DNA of 62,771 nt from contig JAJHSH010000005.1 in assembly GCA_022683945.1 (NCBI GenBank), positions 1-62,771 of the forward strand. The letters are read 5' to 3'. Source of the stretch: Candidatus Acetothermia bacterium (GTDB lineage Bacteria; Bipolaricaulota; Bipolaricaulia; RBG-16-55-9; DRXL01). The notes below the pieces were generated by a model. That model was not told where the DNA came from and ran no database searches. It worked only from the letters and a program-made list of their open reading frames with translations. Made by a program: the position numbers and the translations under genes. This document shows positions 38,601 through 46,560 of this stretch, in pieces. Each line of letters begins with the position of its first letter. Position 1 is the first letter of the stretch.

Positions 38601-40088
38601 ATGATCGAGCTTGACGGAGATTCTCTGACGGTTCAAACCGCGAAGAAGATCATCTTCAGCCATGAGAGAATCTCTCTCGCGCTGAGCGCTCTGGAGCGCG
38701 TGCGCGCCGCCCGCGCCGTCGTCGCAGAGATCGTTGCTAGAAATCAAAGAATCTACGGGATCAATACGGGCTTCGGCAAGCTCAGCACCCAGACGATTCC
38801 CAGCGAAAAGCTCGCGCTGCTCCAGGAGAATCTCTTAAAGAGCCACGCCGTCGGCGTGGGCGACCCCCTGCCCGATGAGGTCGCGCGCGCTGCCCTGCTC
38901 TTTCGCTCAAATTCGCTCTTGCACGGACGCTCCGGCGTGCGCGTCGAAGTGATAGAATATCTCAAGAAATTTCTCGATCAGAACGTTGTCCCCGTCATCC
39001 CCGCCAAAGGCTCGGTTGGCTCCAGCGGGGATTTGGCCCCACTCGCACACTTAGCATTGCTGCTGATCGGCGAAGGCCAAGCCAAGTTCGGCGAAAAGAT
39101 TCTCTCCGGGAGAGAACTTCTGAAAGAACTTGGGCTGGAGCCGTTGCACTTAGCTCCCAAAGAAGGACTGGCGCTCATCAACGGGACGCAAGTGACGCTC
39201 GCGTTGGGGTTCGTCGCTTTCGCGCGGGCAGAGAAGCTCTTAACGCAAGCGCAAGCGATCAGCGCGCTCGCTCTGGAAGCCCTGCGCGGACACAGAGCAG
39301 CCTTCGACGAACGCCTCCATCGGGCGCGCCCGCACCCCGGCCAGCTCTCCGTGGCGCGAGAGCTGCGTGCGTGGCTCACCGGCAGCAAGCTCGCCGACAG
39401 CCGCACCGACGACGTGCAAGATAATTACACCCTGCGCTGCATCCCCCAAGTCTTGGGCGCTTCTGTAGATGCGCTCGCTTTTGTTCGAGAGAGATTCGAG
39501 ATCGAGATGAACTCGGCCACTGATAATCCCTTGGTCTTCGCCGAGACCCGAGAAGTCTTATCAGGGGGGAATTTTCACGGTCAGATATTAGCGTTCAGTT
39601 GCGAACTCTTGGCGCAAGCCATCTCGGAGATCGGGAATTTCTCCGAACGTCGCATTGCGCTCCTGCTCGAAGCCCCTGATCTCCCAAAGTTCTTAATCCA
39701 AGATGGCGGGCTCAATTCGGGGCTGATGGTGCCCCAGTACACGGCCGCAGCTCTGGTGGCCGAGAACAAAGTCTTGGCTCACCCGGCCAGCGTAGATTCC
39801 ATTCCCACATCAGGCGGCAAAGAAGACCACAACAGCATGGCCACCACGTCAGCTTATAAAGCCCTCAAGATCGTCGAAAACGTAGAGATAGTCCTAGCAA
39901 TAGAGCTATTGACGGTCTGCCAGGCTCTGGACTTTCGCAATCAAGAATTGATGGCCCCGCGCACCCGCGCGCTCTACGCGCACGTGCGCCGGCAGATACC
40001 GCATTTGGAAAAAGATCGGCTCTTGCAGTATGATATTCAACGTGCCTTGCACATTCTGAAGGAGGATCAGGGGCTGAATGGGATTTAA
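38601..40088 (+). CDS. hutH: histidine ammonia-lyase
   Basis: YGINTGFG, NLLKSH, GSVGSSGDLAPL, KEGLALINGT, DNP, GGNFHG and EDHNSM motifs. Confidence 0.93.
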   Translation: MIELDGDSLTVQTAKKIIFSHERISLALSALERVRAARAVVAEIVARNQRIYGINTGFGKLSTQTIPSEKLALLQENLLKSHAVGVGDPLPDEVARAALLFRSNSLLHGRSGVRVEVIEYLKKFLDQNVVPVIPAKGSVGSSGDLAPLAHLALLLIGEGQAKFGEKILSGRELLKELGLEPLHLAPKEGLALINGTQVTLALGFVAFARAEKLLTQAQAISALALEALRGHRAAFDERLHRARPHPGQLSVARELRAWLTGSKLADSRTDDVQDNYTLRCIPQVLGASVDALAFVRERFEIEMNSATDNPLVFAETREVLSGGNFHGQILAFSCELLAQAISEIGNFSERRIALLLEAPDLPKFLIQDGGLNSGLMVPQYTAAALVAENKVLAHPASVDSIPTSGGKEDHNSMATTSAYKALKIVENVEIVLAIELLTVCQALDFRNQELMAPRTRALYAHVRRQIPHLEKDRLLQYDIQRALHILKEDQGLNGI

Positions 40089-40965
40089 ATCGGGGTTTGT
40101 CGGTCTTTTGGGGCAAGCCAACGCGGGCAAGTCGAGTTTTATCAACGCTCTGCTTGGCCAAAAGTTTCTGATTGTTTCCGAGAGGCGTCAGTCCACACGC
40201 CATCGGATTCGCTGCGTGCTCACCCTCCCCGGCGCGCAGATTGTCTTTGTAGATACCCCCGGACTGCACAAGCCTGTGGACAAACTCAGTCGTTATCTCA
40301 TCAAGCAAGCCTACGCGGCTCTCTCCGGGTTAGACGTATTGGTCTATATGACCGAGCCGTGGGGCAGACTTCACGAAGAAGACCAGAAAGCCTTTGAACA
40401 TCTGAAGAGCTTTCCCCAGCCGATGCTCTTGTTGGTGAACAAAATAGATCGTACGGACGCACGCACGCTCGAAGAGACGGTGCGCGCCTATCAACAGGCG
40501 GGGCTCTTTCGCGAGATCATCCCCGTCTCGTGTAAACAAGAAGCCAATTTAGGATTGGCCGCCAACAAGATCGCCGAGCTCTTGCCCGAAGGCCCCAAGT
40601 TCTTCCCCGACGAGACACGCACCGATCGCTCGCAGGAATTTATAGTAGCCGAATTCATCCGCGAGAAGATCTTTCAGTTGACGCACAAAGAGATCCCGTA
40701 TTCTACTGTGGTTGCAGTGACTCACCTGGCCGAGCGAGAAGATGGGCTTATGGAGATCTTTGCGAATATCTATGTGGCGCGCGAATCGCAAAAAGCGATT
40801 TTGATCGGGAGCGGAGGCCGGATGGTTAAAGAGATCGGGAGCTTAGCGCGTCAAGAGATCGAAGCGTTTTTAGGACGAAAAATCTATCTTGATTTGCAAG
40901 TGAAAGTACACCGAGATTGGAACGAGAGCGAAGCGGAGATCGCCCGGATGCTCGACCGGGCGTGA
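40078..40965 (+). CDS. era: GTPase Era
   Basis: G1 GQANAGKS, DTPG, NKID and KH domain (SQKAILIG). Confidence 0.95.
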   Translation: MGFKSGFVGLLGQANAGKSSFINALLGQKFLIVSERRQSTRHRIRCVLTLPGAQIVFVDTPGLHKPVDKLSRYLIKQAYAALSGLDVLVYMTEPWGRLHEEDQKAFEHLKSFPQPMLLLVNKIDRTDARTLEETVRAYQQAGLFREIIPVSCKQEANLGLAANKIAELLPEGPKFFPDETRTDRSQEFIVAEFIREKIFQLTHKEIPYSTVVAVTHLAEREDGLMEIFANIYVARESQKAILIGSGGRMVKEIGSLARQEIEAFLGRKIYLDLQVKVHRDWNESEAEIARMLDRA

Positions 40966-40974
40966 TGATAGACG

Positions 40975-42894
40975 ATGGGCCCATCTCAGGGGAAGTTTCA
41001 GCACTCAGAAGCGCTCTTTCATGCGCTGGTCGAGAGCACGCTCGTCGGCATCTACGTAATTCAAGATGGCCGACTGGTCTATGTCAATCCCGTACTGGAA
41101 GAGCTCTTCGGTTATAGACAAGAAGAAGTCTCGCAGCGCTTGGTTATTGATCTTGTGCTTCCCGAAGATCGTGCACTGGTGCTGGAGAAGATCCGTGCTC
41201 GCGAGTCGGGCGAAATAGAAGAGGCGCGTTATACACTCCGTGCGCGGGCCAAAGATGGCCGCATCGTTTGGCTCGAAGTCTGGGGAGGCAGAAGCGAATG
41301 GGAGGGTCGGCCGGCGATTATAGGCACAGCCCTGAACATAACGCCCCAAAAAGAGACGGAACATCTGCGAAATATACTGATGAACATCGGCTCGCAGATC
41401 TTGCACAACACCAGCACCAAGACCATCTTAAAGACGGTCGTGCAGGCGTTACATCAGCATTCCAAATTTCGCAAGATCGGCTTCTCGATCTACACAGCGC
41501 CCAGCGACGCCGGCTCGGCTCAGCCGCCGCTCATCGCTGACTATCTGACCGCGGGACTCACCTCAGAAGAAGAGCAGCGCATTCGCCAGAATATCTCCGC
41601 AGGGAAGATCATCCCAGATCGTAGAATTTTGGAGACGGGGCAGCCCATAGGCGTTGCGCTCTATGTGACGCCGGGACGGATGCCGGAACTCCCGGAGTAT
41701 AGTGCAGCCTTGGTGCCCGAAGGGCAGACGTGGGGCCCCCACGACACGCTCTATATCTTCTTGCGCGTGGGAGAGCGCATCTTCGGGCGGATCGCGCTGG
41801 CCGATCCCCACGGCGGCCAGATCCCCACACCTGCCGAGATCGAGCCTCTGATACTCTTAGCCCACTTTGCCACGCTGGCCCTTCACCAGGCGCGCCAGCT
41901 AAGCGAGTTGCGCGAACAGCAGCAACAGATGCAAAGCTTAATCGCGTTTCTGCAGGCGCTCAACCAGTCCTCCACGCTGAGAGAACTGTTGGATATCGTC
42001 ATTCACGAGGCCATGCTTTTGATCCCACATGCGCAGGGCGGTTCTTTCTTAATGCTGAACCCCCATACAGAAGAGTTTGAGTTCAAGGCCGCCGTGGGCC
42101 AGGAACTGAAAGATTTACAGAAAGTGACTCTTCCCTATGAGCACGTGGCCCACACTCTGGGGCTGGAACATGGGCCGAAGCTCTTAACGGCTTCAGAGCG
42201 CTTAGCTCATCCCGTCATGGCCGAAATGGGGCCGCCGCCGGCCTCGACGCTCTCCCTACCGCTGCGCGACGAGCATGGCCGTATTATGGCCGTTCTCAAT
42301 ATTGACAACTACAGAGAAGAAGGCGTCTTCAGTCACGCCGACTTGGAAAGACTCGTCGTCTTTCGCACGCAGCTCGAACTGGCGCTCGCCCGCGAGCGCG
42401 ATCGCACTCATCTGCGAGAACTCAGCAAGCGCGATGCCCTGACCGAAGTCTACAACCGACGTACTTTGGAAGAAGCTCTGGAGCACTTAGAGAGAGCCCA
42501 GCGTCCCTTTGCGCTCGTCTTCGTTGATATTGACGACTTCTATACGGTGAACGATCGCTTTGGACACCTTGAGGGGGACAAAGTCATTCAAGAACTGGCG
42601 AACTTTTTGCGCCAGAACGTGCGCGCGGCAGATGGAGTCTATCGCTACGGCGGCGATGAGTTCGTGATCGTGATGGAGGGGACAAATCGCACAGAAGCGC
42701 AGCGCGCGATGGAGCGTCTGGAAGAGAAGCTGCACGCGCTATGCGCTCAATGGCGCACGCGCCTGCAGAGTATAGAGATCGCTCTGAGTTTGGGGATTTC
42801 CGACTGGTCGCCGGAGACGCCGCGCTCGCTGAGAGAGGTCCTTGAAGAGGCCGATCAATTTATGTATCGTCGTAAGCGGGCGAAGAAGATATGA
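40975..42894 (+). CDS. PAS-GAF-GAF diguanylate cyclase
   Basis: PAS (YVN...LFGY), GAF-like segments, DALT, DIDDF..VND.FGH..GD and RYGGDEF. Confidence 0.9.
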   Translation: MGPSQGKFQHSEALFHALVESTLVGIYVIQDGRLVYVNPVLEELFGYRQEEVSQRLVIDLVLPEDRALVLEKIRARESGEIEEARYTLRARAKDGRIVWLEVWGGRSEWEGRPAIIGTALNITPQKETEHLRNILMNIGSQILHNTSTKTILKTVVQALHQHSKFRKIGFSIYTAPSDAGSAQPPLIADYLTAGLTSEEEQRIRQNISAGKIIPDRRILETGQPIGVALYVTPGRMPELPEYSAALVPEGQTWGPHDTLYIFLRVGERIFGRIALADPHGGQIPTPAEIEPLILLAHFATLALHQARQLSELREQQQQMQSLIAFLQALNQSSTLRELLDIVIHEAMLLIPHAQGGSFLMLNPHTEEFEFKAAVGQELKDLQKVTLPYEHVAHTLGLEHGPKLLTASERLAHPVMAEMGPPPASTLSLPLRDEHGRIMAVLNIDNYREEGVFSHADLERLVVFRTQLELALARERDRTHLRELSKRDALTEVYNRRTLEEALEHLERAQRPFALVFVDIDDFYTVNDRFGHLEGDKVIQELANFLRQNVRAADGVYRYGGDEFVIVMEGTNRTEAQRAMERLEEKLHALCAQWRTRLQSIEIALSLGISDWSPETPRSLREVLEEADQFMYRRKRAKKI

Positions 42895-43808
42895 TCGAGA
42901 TTCGGCCATTGCAGAGGCTCGAGGAGCTGCACGCCTGCGAACAGCTCCAGAAAGAGATCTGGGGATTTGAAGAGATCAGCGTCGTCCCCCATCATCTGCT
43001 TCTCACAACCATCAAGAACGGCGGGGTGCTCTTGGGGGCGTTCGAGCGTCAAGGGACTTCTGAAGAGCTCGTAGGCTTCGTCTACGGCTTCCCTGGCATC
43101 GAGAATAATAGATTGAAGCACTGTTCGCTCATGTGCGCCGTCGTCTCGGAGCATCGCTTTCAGGGTGCAGGGTACGAGCTGAAGCTCAAGCAGCGCGAGG
43201 CCGTGCTTGCCCAAGAGATCGAATTGATCACTTGGACATTTGATCCGCTCGTCAGCTCCAACGCGTATTTCAATCTGCACAAACTGGGCGTTATCTCCAA
43301 CCGATACGAGCGCGATCTCTACGGAGATATGCGCGACCGGCTCAATGCCGGACTGGAGACCGATCGCTTAACGGTCGAGTGGTGGATCAACAGTCCGCGC
43401 GTGCAAAGTAGCCTAACCCCTAGCTCCTTGCTCAAAGAGAAGGGAAACCCTCAGCTCGTCCCTCTCCCTTCCAGGGAGAGGGTGCAGGGTGAGGGTCGGG
43501 GAGGAGTTGGGGGAGAGGTCATCAATCAGACCGAAGAGCGCGACGGCTTTCTCGTCAATCGCGACTATTCTCTAAAGCACACCGAGCCGAGCTTGCTCTT
43601 GGAGATCCCGTATCGTTGGCGCGAGATGCGCGAGCAGCATATAGAATTGGTCAAAGAGTGGCGACAGGTGACGCGCGCGATCTTTGAGCACTATTTCGCT
43701 CAAAACTATTACGCGAGCGATTTTCTCGTCATAGAGCGTGAGGGACAGAAGCGCGCGTTCTATCTGTTGGAGAAAACCACAAAAGAAGTATTACTCAAGT
43801 CGCCCTGA
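42891..43808 (+). CDS. GNAT acyltransferase of the type found beside OSBS/NSAR genes
   Basis: GGVLLGAF, LKLKQRE, WTFDPL..NAYFN..KLG and TDRL.VEW motifs. Confidence 0.85.
   Translation: MIEIRPLQRLEELHACEQLQKEIWGFEEISVVPHHLLLTTIKNGGVLLGAFERQGTSEELVGFVYGFPGIENNRLKHCSLMCAVVSEHRFQGAGYELKLKQREAVLAQEIELITWTFDPLVSSNAYFNLHKLGVISNRYERDLYGDMRDRLNAGLETDRLTVEWWINSPRVQSSLTPSSLLKEKGNPQLVPLPSRERVQGEGRGGVGGEVINQTEERDGFLVNRDYSLKHTEPSLLLEIPYRWREMREQHIELVKEWRQVTRAIFEHYFAQNYYASDFLVIEREGQKRAFYLLEKTTKEVLLKSP
43412..43518. repeat. nested family A elements in frame inside the GNAT gene
   Basis: 43447-43496 is a reverse-orientation copy of the 53866-53915 element, lying inside an outer CCTAACCCCTAGCTCCT...AGGAGTTGGGGGAGAGG palindrome. 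Confidence 0.8.
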
Positions 43809-43905
43809 TGGTCTTGGCTTGTCCCGATGTGGCTCCTAGGCTATTATAGAGTGCTATGGATATCGCTCAACTGCAAGCGGATGATGAGTGGCTCGCGGAT
43901 CATCA

Positions 43906-44015
43906 GCTCGGCCACTGAAGTGGCGAGCTGGGATATACCAAGCCTGCCTGCGCAGGCTTTTCAGTCTCTGCTAGGAGACTTCGTTAATCCCAGCCTGTGG
44001 CTTCAGCCACTGGGC
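43906..44015. repeat. REPIN-like four-hairpin element (family B)
   Basis: Homologous to 141-247, with compensatory stem changes. Confidence 0.8.
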
Positions 44016-44021
44016 GAACTT

Positions 44022-45131
44022 ATGAAACTCGAAGCTGTCGAGCTACGTCACATTGAGATGGAGCTGGTCGAGCCGTTTGAGACGAGCGGCTGGCGCGAGA
44101 CTCTCCGGCCTTGCATCATCGTCGCTATCCGCAGCAAGGGCTTGACCGGCTACGGCGAATGCGTCGCCGGCGCGGGGCCTTGGTATTCATACGAGACGAT
44201 TCAGACGGCGTGGCACGTGCTGGAGGACTTTATCGTTCCAGAGATACTGGGCCAAGAGATCGCTTCGACAGAAGAGCTACAGAGACGATCGGGACGAGTG
44301 CGCGGGCATCCGATGGCCAAGGCCGGACTGGAAGCCGCTCTTTGGGATCTGCTGGCGCAAGCGCGGAACGTCTCGCTGGCAAACTTATTGGGAGGCACGA
44401 AAGAGCGCATCGAGAGCGGCATCTCCATCGGAATTCAGCAAGACATCTCAGAGCTATTGCGCGTCATCGAGCAACGAGCAGCACAGGGGTATAAGAGAAT
44501 CAAGCTCAAGATCAAGCCAGGCTGGGATCGAGAAGTCTTAAAAGCTGTGCGCAAGAGATTCCCCCAGATGCAGCTTATGGCCGACGCCAACGCAGCCTAT
44601 CGGTTCTCCGAGCGAGAGCATCTCAAGCAGCTTGACGAGTTCGGACTCCTGATGCTGGAGCAGCCCCTCGACTACGACGACCTGATAGATCACGCCGCGC
44701 TGCAAAAAGAACTCAAAACTCCCATCTGTCTGGATGAGAGCATCAAGACCCCTGAGGATGCGCGAAAGGCTCTCGATCTGGGGGCGTGCAAGATTAGTAA
44801 TATCAAGCCGGGGCAGGTGGGCGGGCTCCTGAATGCGAAGAAGATTCACGATCTCTGTTGGGAGCGAGGCGTGCCCGTCTGGTGCGGCGGCATGTTGGAG
44901 ACGGGGATCGGGCGCGCTGCAAATGTCGCGCTGGCGAGCCTTCCCGGCTTTACGCTGCCCAACGATATCTCTGCCAGCGCGCGCTACTGGCGCGAAGATA
45001 TGATCGAGCCGCCTTTCGTGCTCGAAGCTGACGCGACGATCAGAGTCCCGACGGGGCCGGGGTTGGGCGTGCACGTCGTGCTGGAGCGATTAGAGAGAGT
45101 GATCCAAAGACGAGCAGAGTTTGTTTCCTAG
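44022..45131 (+). CDS. menC: o-succinylbenzoate synthase / N-succinylamino acid racemase (enolase superfamily)
   Basis: PFETS, KLKIKPGWD, DANAAY, EQP, LDES, NIKPG, GGMLE and DISAS motifs; likely start MKLEAVEL. Confidence 0.88.
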   Translation: MKLEAVELRHIEMELVEPFETSGWRETLRPCIIVAIRSKGLTGYGECVAGAGPWYSYETIQTAWHVLEDFIVPEILGQEIASTEELQRRSGRVRGHPMAKAGLEAALWDLLAQARNVSLANLLGGTKERIESGISIGIQQDISELLRVIEQRAAQGYKRIKLKIKPGWDREVLKAVRKRFPQMQLMADANAAYRFSEREHLKQLDEFGLLMLEQPLDYDDLIDHAALQKELKTPICLDESIKTPEDARKALDLGACKISNIKPGQVGGLLNAKKIHDLCWERGVPVWCGGMLETGIGRAANVALASLPGFTLPNDISASARYWREDMIEPPFVLEADATIRVPTGPGLGVHVVLERLERVIQRRAEFVS

Positions 45132-45165
45132 CGCTGCAGCGAGTATGATTTCGGAGCGAGAAGCT

Positions 45166-45387
45166 ATGAAATATACAGTTGTCTTAGAGAAAGGGCGTGA
45201 GTCTGGCTACGTAGCATACGTTCCTGTTCTCAGGGGCTGTGTCTCGCAAGGGCGCACGAAAGCTGAAGCTCTCAAAAACATCCGCGAAGCCATGGAGATC
45301 TATATCGAAGCGCTCTTAAAGGACCAACTTCCAATACCTACTGAGACTGGAAAGGAACTTGTAGAAGTCGTCGTGCATGCGCGATGA
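45166..45387 (+). CDS. hicB: HicB family antitoxin (short, no DNA-binding domain)
   Basis: YVAYVP.L.GC.SQG.T..EAL.NIREA pattern. Confidence 0.88.
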   Translation: MKYTVVLEKGRESGYVAYVPVLRGCVSQGRTKAEALKNIREAMEIYIEALLKDQLPIPTETGKELVEVVVHAR

Positions 45388-45611
45388 GCAAGCTGCCACG
45401 AGGGCTTTCCGGAAGAGAAGTTCGACGTGCCCTAGAGAGAGTTGGTTTCTACTTCGTGCGCCAGCGAAGAAGCAGCCATATGATCTTGCGTCGCGACCAT
45501 CCCTTTGCACAGGTGAGCGTACCTGACCATAAGAGCCTCGATACCGGCACGCTAGCCCATATCTTGGATGGGGCGGGCTTGACCGTTGATGAATTACGTA
45601 AGTTGCTCTAG
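45384..45611 (+). CDS. hicA: HicA family mRNA interferase
   Basis: SGREV.RALER.GF..VRQ..SH, VPDH and GTL..IL..AG motifs. Confidence 0.88.
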   Translation: MSKLPRGLSGREVRRALERVGFYFVRQRRSSHMILRRDHPFAQVSVPDHKSLDTGTLAHILDGAGLTVDELRKLL

Positions 45612-45613
45612 TC

Positions 45614-46318
45614 ATGATTCGCAAGACAACGGGTATTATTCTGCGAGCGATCAAGTTCCGCGAGAGCGATCTCATTCTGACGGCGCTCTCTCGCGACTAC
45701 GGGAAGATCTCGCTCATCGCTAAAGCAGCCCGCCGCCCGGAGAGCAAGTTCGGTGCGGCGTTGGATCTGCTGACGCTGAGCGAATTGGTCTTCTATGAGG
45801 GCGAGAATCTCAAACTGCTCAAAGAGGCGAGCATCGTCGCCGACTTTCGCAAAGTTAAACGCGAGTACGAAAGATTGGAGACGGCCCTGCAAGCCGCGTC
45901 GCTCTTGAATCAATTGATCGAAGACGAACACCCTGACCGCGCCGTCTTCGATCTCTATGAAGATTTCTTGTCTCATCTGGACTATCTGAAGAGACCGAGT
46001 ATGGGGGAATTGGCCTTCAAGCTCAAATTACTAAGAGCAGCCGGGCTGGCGCCGCGGCTCAACCGCTGCGCCCGCGGGGGACATCTCCTGACGAGAGAAC
46101 TATGGTTCTCCGCACAGCATGGCGGTCTCGTCTGCTCAGAATGTCATCAAGCCGGAGATACCCGCTTGCAGCCGGGGACGGCTCAGAGCTTGAAAATGCT
46201 CCTAGGCGCGAGCTGGGAGAGGCTCGACCGGCTCGCGCTCTATGAGGACGAATTGGAGATCGCCCATCGGCTCATAGACGAGTTCATCGGCTATCACTTA
46301 CGGGCCGTGCGCCGATAG
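45614..46318 (+). CDS. recO: DNA repair protein RecO
   Basis: GIILR...RESDLI...GKI..IAKAARR..SKFG and Zn-finger region C..GH...GGLVCSEC. Confidence 0.92.
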   Translation: MIRKTTGIILRAIKFRESDLILTALSRDYGKISLIAKAARRPESKFGAALDLLTLSELVFYEGENLKLLKEASIVADFRKVKREYERLETALQAASLLNQLIEDEHPDRAVFDLYEDFLSHLDYLKRPSMGELAFKLKLLRAAGLAPRLNRCARGGHLLTRELWFSAQHGGLVCSECHQAGDTRLQPGTAQSLKMLLGASWERLDRLALYEDELEIAHRLIDEFIGYHLRAVRR

Positions 46319-46319
46319 C

Positions 46320-46415
46320 TCACATGCTCTCGAAGTAGCCCCCAACGCGAATGAGCAAGATCGCGATCCCAATCGCAATCAGAAAGTTTCCTAGGGCGGT
46401 CAACAGCTCTGCCAT
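46320..46415 (-). CDS. 31-aa single-TM small protein (not in ORF track)
   Basis: MAELLTALGNFLIAIGIAILLIRVGGYFESM*; AGGAGGTGA SD; TTGACA upstream. Confidence 0.65.
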   Translation of the reverse strand: MAELLTALGNFLIAIGIAILLIRVGGYFESM

Positions 46416-46502
46416 AGCCTCACCTCCTGTCTGGTTCGGTTTTATCTATAGCAGAAGAGACGGCGGGTTGTCAAATAAGAGAATCGCCTCCATCTTGACA
46501 AA

Positions 46503-46531
46503 TTGACAAACTGAGAACCTTGTGTTATAAA
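46503..46531 (+). promoter_or_regulatory. sigma70-type promoter of the S8 protease gene
   Basis: TTGACA-N17-TATAAA with an upstream TG; AGGAGG SD follows. Confidence 0.65.
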
Positions 46532-46560
46532 ATTATATAGAAATTGACCAAGGAGGGTTT

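Noticed and set aside
43827-44021. 65-aa N-terminal extension of the MenC-like ORF
   Set aside because: It spans the family B repeat; homology starts at MKLEAVEL (44022).
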